DNA of 13,964 nt from Octopus sinensis (taxonomy: Eukaryota). Made by a program: the position numbers and the translations under genes. Under the pieces are notes generated by a model. That model worked only from the letters and a program-made list of their open reading frames with translations, did no database searches and had not been told where the DNA came from. Numbering within the stretch: the stretch's first letter is position 1; each line of letters starts with the position of its first letter. Location of the stretch: contig NW_021825976.1 in NCBI RefSeq assembly GCF_006345805.1, forward strand, positions 1-13,964. Direction: 5' to 3'. Shown piece by piece: positions 8,870 to 13,964 of the stretch.

Positions 8870-8924
8870 GTGTGTGTGTGTGTGTGTGTGTACATACGTA
8901 TATTTTGCTCTTTCACAGAGACAC
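8172..8924. repeat. Inverted repeat with arms 8172-8301 and 8787-8924 and a 485 bp spacer
   Basis: Non-simple sequence GTGTCTCTGTGAAAGAGCAAAATATACGTATGTACAC (from 8172) is exactly reverse-complemented ending at 8924. The inner ends also match (CACGTACAAACACACATACATGCTTG...ATGGGTGTGTATG). The ORF track shows the same peptide (QACMCVCT...YIRIFCSFTET) on opposite strands. Confidence 0.92.
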
Positions 8925-9245
8925 ACGCTTCCTTTACTTTCTGTGCTTTCTCTGTTTTCCTAAGCTCTTTCACTCTCTCTTCGCTCTCTCTCTTTCTCCT
9001 TCTCCTATTTCTATCTATGTTTCTATCTATCTCTACTTCTTTACTTCTCTATCAACTCACACTTTCCATTTTCCTTATCTCTACTTCATATTCGTCCTCC
9101 TAATCATCTCCTTCTTGTGTCCCTTTTTCTCTTCTCCAGACTAAACAATACATACTCACACACGCTCACATTGCACACCCATCTGAACAATACACACGCA
9201 CACACACACACACAACACAAACACAACACACACAAACACACCTAC
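8600..9245. repeat. Pyrimidine-rich (CT)n-like tracts followed by degenerate (CA)n
   Basis: Direct reading. Confidence 0.8.
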
Positions 9246-9759
9246 ATGGAGACAATATACACGCCACTAAACTAAATATTGCACACAATGATTTTCGTCT
9301 CTTTGCATTGCAAACGTCGACTAACTTCCTGATGATGGGTTTCTCAACACTGCTAATCCCCTTGCAATTTGAAAAGAAACATTCATAGCCCCTTAAGCTC
9401 TTACTCTTCCACTCTAAGAAAAGGGGCTTTCTATAGGCTATTATAACAAAACAAAAAAAGGAACTAGGCCTACGTCAGACGATCGATGCTGTTAAAAACA
9501 GAAGAAAGGAGTGGAAGAAAATTTAACAATAACTGTTTGGTGGTATTATGAATATGTGGGAAGTTAGACAACATCTTATGAAAGTAGATATACATGCGAA
9601 TCCCCATAAAGAATTGAGAGAAATGGCAACCGAATACGACGTAAAAAAAGAAACACAAACACAAATACACATAAAAAAGTGCTTGAAAACAGTGAAAAAT
9701 GGTGAAGTTAAAATAGCGAATAATAAAAAACAAAATGGCGCCCAGGAACGAATCACTAA

Positions 9760-10348
9760 GCGATATATCATATATATATGTATATATAATATGATATAAT
9801 AATAATGTATATCATATGAGAAGTTAAAGCTAATATCGCCGGAAATGGCGATGAAATGTACGAAAAAATGAATGTAAAGTCCCATACACAAACAAAATAT
9901 TCACGCTTACACACACACACACACACACATTCACACACACATTCACACACACACACATACATATATATATATAAAGCTATACACAGTAGATATGTATATG
10001 TGTGTACACTTGAAGATATACATGTATGTAAATATATATTTGTATAAATGTGTGTGTATGAGTGTATATATAAATATATATATATATACACGCAACTAAA
10101 TATATGATGAATATAATACAATATGTAGAATATGACTTAATGACATAAAATATGAGCAGGTAGAGCAAATACAAAATATTTTAGTCATAAACAAAATAAC
10201 GATGTAAATAAATTGCTAGGGAAAGAGAATTGGCTTTAAAATTCAAAATGGAGCCAGTATGAAAAAAAATACAAAATATACATATATACATATATACATA
10301 TACTCACACACACAGTTTCGCAATCACATATTCACACACTTACACAAT

Positions 10349-10379
<31 letters not shown>

Positions 10380-10600
10380 ACGTATATACAGAAATGTATA
10401 ATTAAACTTAATTTGTTTGCAATAAGATAGCTTTTAAATAGGATTTAAGTATAAAATTTTGTGAAATGCAAATTGTTAATCGGTAATTAAATAGCACTAA
10501 ATTCTAATTGGCTCTCCAAGCAAAATGTCTGCTGATATGTATACATACATACGAGTATACATATAACGAAAGTATATAATACATATGTGTATGTATGTAG

Positions 10601-10679
<79 letters not shown>

Positions 10680-10825
10680 TTGTATGTATATGTATGTATG
10701 TATATGTATGTATAATTAATATATATATTTGTATATTTGTATACAATCAAATATATATATATGCATATCTATGCATATATACATACGTATATGTACATAC
10801 ATCTACACGAATATATATGCATATG
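9760..10825. repeat. Series of (TA)/(CA)/(TG) microsatellites (9760-10090, 10270-10390, 10540-10825)
   Basis: Direct reading. Confidence 0.88.
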
Positions 10826-11272
10826 TGGGCACAGGACGTCATGAAATGTGTACAACGAAAAATACGAAGTACGAGTACATGGAATATGAACTATTTTTTC
10901 GAACAACGAAAAACAGAAATGGAAAACAAGACAAACAACATAAAGGACGACCCTTTTCTACTCTCGTATTTCGATCATTTAACAACAATATACTCTCTCG
11001 ATAAAACAGTTCCTCCCACAACACAAATTAAATAAAATTTGGGATTTTGCGGAGGATCAAAATTGGTAACACAAACAGGACAGTGAAAACAAACAGGAAG
11101 GACTGGTAAGCCTAAACGAGGTTGTGGTGGCGAACGTGTAAATCAAGCTTGGACAGGAGACAGACAAGAACACGTCTTCCTTGTTCCAGCTACAACAGAG
11201 AGAAAGAAAGAAACACAAGTTAAGAGAAGAAAGATTTATATTATAATATGATTATATATATATATATATATG

Positions 11273-11581
11273 TGGAGGCGCAATGCCCAGTGGTTAGAGC
11301 AGCGACCTCGCGGTCGTAGGATCGCGGTTTCGATTCCCAGACCGGGCGTTGTGAGTGTTTATTGAGCGAAAACACCTAAAGTTCCACGAAGCTCCAGCAG
11401 GGGGTGGTGGCGATCCTTGCTGTACTCTTTCTCTCACTCTTTCTTTCACTCTTTCTACTGTTGGCCTGCTCGCTTAGCCAGCGGGGTGGCGTCATTTGAA
11501 GGCTAGAACAATGCGAAGCGCATTGTGACCAGCGATGTGTAGCAACATCTGATAGCCTGGTAGGTCACGTGAGGCACGTGA
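11273..11581 (+). mobile_element. Near full-length tRNA-derived SINE of a second family, embedded in (TA)n
   Basis: A-box-like TGCCCAGTGGTTAG (~11284) and B-box-like GGTTTCGATTCCC (11326-11338). The CpG-rich body ends in the short repeat CACGTGA(GG)CACGTGA, and TA runs lie on both sides. It resembles an abundant Octopus SINE as I recall it. Confidence 0.85.
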
Positions 11582-11647
<66 letters not shown>

Positions 11648-11708
11648 CCAGACAGACAGACAGACAGAGAGACAGACAGGGAGAGAGAGAAAGAGACAGA
11701 GAGAGATG
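11581..11708. repeat. (TA)n-(GA)n-(GACA)n compound microsatellite
   Basis: Direct reading. Confidence 0.93.
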
Positions 11709-12368
11709 AGACGATTATGGAGATTTTCCATGGCCGTCTCAACTGCTAAGACTAGCAGCTAAATCACTCACAAATCGATATGTGGGATCGATGGCAACAA
11801 AAGCATCACTATATTTTGTGCAGTTTCAAAATATTTGAATCCTTCTTCCGTGCATGAATTTTTTATGCCTAAGAGTCACCATTCGACCTTGGATTGAATA
11901 TTGCTGTCGTCTTTGGACAAGTGCTTCATCAAAGTCTCCTAACTTGCTCGATCGATTTCAAAATCGATTTAACAAGGAAGGTCCTCTTCATCCTACTAAG
12001 TTGGTGTCTTTGTCTCATCAATGAGATTAATCTTTTCTGTGACCTTTCAATAAGTATTTCCATGATCATTGAGACCTCATGACAGTAAAGATCTTTAAAC
12101 ATATCCCCAGCTTCTCTTCATCACCGTATCATTTTCTGTTCAGCTTCCTGTTGATCCCAAGTCTTTTTTTATTCTAAAAGCTTCTTTCCTCGTGGCGCCA
12201 CACTCTAGAATTCACTACAATTGTATTTTCGCTCTGCCCTTCAGACTTTCTGTCGATCGACATTTTCCCTACATTGGCATTACTATTCCGTTTGAGACAA
12301 AATCGTATAAAACGAAACAATAATTACTTATATGGGCTTAAGGATTATCATGAAGTTTGCTTTTCGAC

Positions 12369-12415
12369 CACGTTGATCGAATTTCGATCCCAGTGCGTGA
12401 TGTCTTCAGCAAGTG
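12369..12415 (-). ncRNA. Possible minimal hammerhead-like motif with intact core and decayed stems
   Basis: Minus strand reads CACTTG-CTGAAGA-CATC(ACGCACTGG)GATC-GAAA-TTCGA-TC-AACGTG. All core nucleotides are present. Stem II is 3 bp with a C:C mismatch at the base, and stem I pairs 4 of 6. Confidence 0.3.
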
Positions 12416-12477
12416 CTTTCTTTTGTAACATAAGGTACACTAACACTTTTAGTAGAATTTGTGAGGCAAAATCTGTG

Positions 12478-12483
12478 CATGTA

Positions 12484-12515
<32 letters not shown>

Positions 12516-12614
12516 TTGTGTGTGTGTGTGTGTATGTGTGTGTATGTGTGTGTGTGTGTGTGTGTGTGTTAGCGTGTGCGTATGCGAGAGAGAAAGAGAG
12601 AGAGAGAGAGAGAG
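12478..12614. repeat. (TG)n followed by (AG)n microsatellite
   Basis: Direct reading. Confidence 0.93.
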
Positions 12615-12827
12615 CATGTTTACTGTAATTATTAATATCAATGGGACATCATAACGAAGATTAAACTGCGTAACGGCGGGTTGGTTGGGGCGGTGGTGGT
12701 GGTGATGGCAGCAGCACAATAAGCGATAGGGTTGTAGGGTCGGACAATGAGATTTTTAAAGCGCATAGCGTCCGTTGCTATAGCGATTGCCTCTGGTTAC
12801 GTTACGAGGAACGGTACGATAACTATC

Positions 12828-13641
12828 TGGTTGGTTGGTTGGCTGGTTGGTTGGTTGGTTGGTTGGTTGGTTGGTTGGCTGGCTGGCTGGCTGGCTGGCT
12901 GGTTGGTTGGTTGGTTGGTTGGCTGGTTGGTTGATTGGTTGGTTGGTTGGCTGGTTGGCTAGTTGGTTGGTTGGCTGGCTGGTTGGTTGGTTGGTTGGCT
13001 GGTTGGCTGGTTGGTTGGTTGGTTGGTTGGTTGTCTGGCTGGCTGGCTGGTTGGCTGGTTGGTTGGTGGTTGGTTGGTTGGTTGGTTGGTTGGTTGGCTG
13101 GCTGGCTTGCTGGCTGGTTGGCTGGTTGGCTGGTTGGTTGGTTGGTTGGCTGGTTGGTTGGTTGGTTGGTTTGTTGGTTGGTTGGTTGGTTGGTTGGTTG
13201 GCTGGTTGGTTGGTTGGTTGGCTGGCTGGCTGGCTGGTTGGCTGGTTGGTTGGTTAGTTGGTTGGTTGGCTGGTTGGTTGGTTGGTTGGTTGGTTGGTTG
13301 GTTGGTTGGTTGGTTGGTTGGTTGGCTGTTTGGTTGGCTGGTTGGTTGGTTGGTTGGCTGGTTGGTTGGTTGGTTGGTTTGTTGGTTGGTTGGTTGGTTG
13401 GTTGGTTGGTTGGTTGGTTGGTTGGTTGGTTGGTTGGTTGGCTGTTTGGTTGGTTGGTTGGTTGGTTGGTTGGTTGGTTGGTTGGTTGGCTGACTGGCTG
13501 GCTGGTTGGTTGGTTGGTTGGTTGGTTGGTTGGTTGGTTGGTTGGTTGGCTTGGTTGGTGGTTGGTTGGTTGGTTGGTTGGTTGGTTGGTTGGTTGGCTG
13601 GTTGGTTGGTTGGTTGGTTGGTTGGTTGGTTGGTTGGTTGG
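12828..13641. repeat. ~815 bp (TGGT)n tetranucleotide array with TGGC variants, decaying to ~13720
   Basis: Direct reading. It explains the WLVG-repeat ORFs in all three plus-strand frames. Confidence 0.97.
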
Positions 13642-13754
13642 ATGGCTGGGATTAACTGGAAGGCGATTGGCTGGAAGTCCGACTGGCTGGCTAGCGGGCT
13701 GGCTAGTAGGTTGGCTGGGTTTACTTATCTCTGGCAGGTTGGGTCATCTTTCAA

Positions 13755-13930
13755 CTTTCACTTGTTGCAGCCATGAGACTGCGGCCATGCTGGAGCACCG
13801 CCTTGACGGGTTTTATTCGAATGAATGGAGCCCAGTTCTTCTCTCTTAATTCTGACACTTATTCTCCCGCTTCTTTTGCCAAACCGCTAAGTTACGGGGA
13901 TGCAAGCACACCAACACCGGTTGTCAAAAG
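13755..13930 (-). mobile_element. 3' portion of a third SINE family (minus strand), degenerate
   Basis: GACTGCGGCCATGCTGGAGCACCGCCTT...CTTTTGCCAAACCGCTAAGTTACGGGGA...CACACCAACACCGGTTGTCAA matches, from memory, the reverse complement of the 3' end of a very abundant Octopus SINE. Not verified by search. Confidence 0.7.
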
Positions 13931-13964
13931 GTGGTGGTAGTGGCAGTGGTAGTGGTGGTGGTGA
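13930..13964. repeat. (GGT/AGT)n trinucleotide repeat running off the right edge
   Basis: Direct reading. Confidence 0.8.

Noticed and set aside
9329-9355. CTGATGA plus a small hairpin TGGG-TTT-CTCA
   Set aside because: No GAAA follows the hairpin and there is no stem I or III.
11880-12280. Possible decayed LINE or other TE coding remnant on the minus strand (purine-rich, coding-like composition)
   Set aside because: Multiple stops in all frames and no recognisable RT, endonuclease or transposase motif. A BLASTX or HMM search would be needed.
12828-13641. Telomeric repeat
   Set aside because: The unit is TTGG rather than the metazoan TTAGGG, and the array is flanked by ordinary sequence on both sides.
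12747-13849. Long ORFs (up to 304 aa) of WLVG/WLAG repeats
   Set aside because: These are translations of the A-poor (TGGT)n array, which rarely forms stop codons and is open in all three frames.

Overview
This is eukaryotic, AT-rich, largely non-coding DNA, probably intronic or intergenic. The tRNA-derived SINEs and the dense TA/CA/GA/GGTT microsatellites match my recollection of Octopus (coleoid cephalopod) genomes; that assignment is from memory, not a search. No protein-coding gene can be called with confidence, and most long ORFs in the track are microsatellite translations. No prokaryotic system (CRISPR, IS element, operon) is present. Supported content: eight SINE copies or fragments, two of them young with clear 16 and 19 bp target-site duplications and a shared 183-184 bp internal re-start junction; a ~200 bp tandem duplication of a CpG-rich, promoter-like segment; a ~130 bp inverted duplication hidden among microsatellites; and a 13-mer minisatellite. 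The most interesting signals are up to three degenerate minimal type I hammerhead-ribozyme-like motifs (5720-5761 +, 12369-12415 -, 6140-6176 -). They resemble those known from Penelope-like elements and retrozymes. Two weak candidate exons are also noted.
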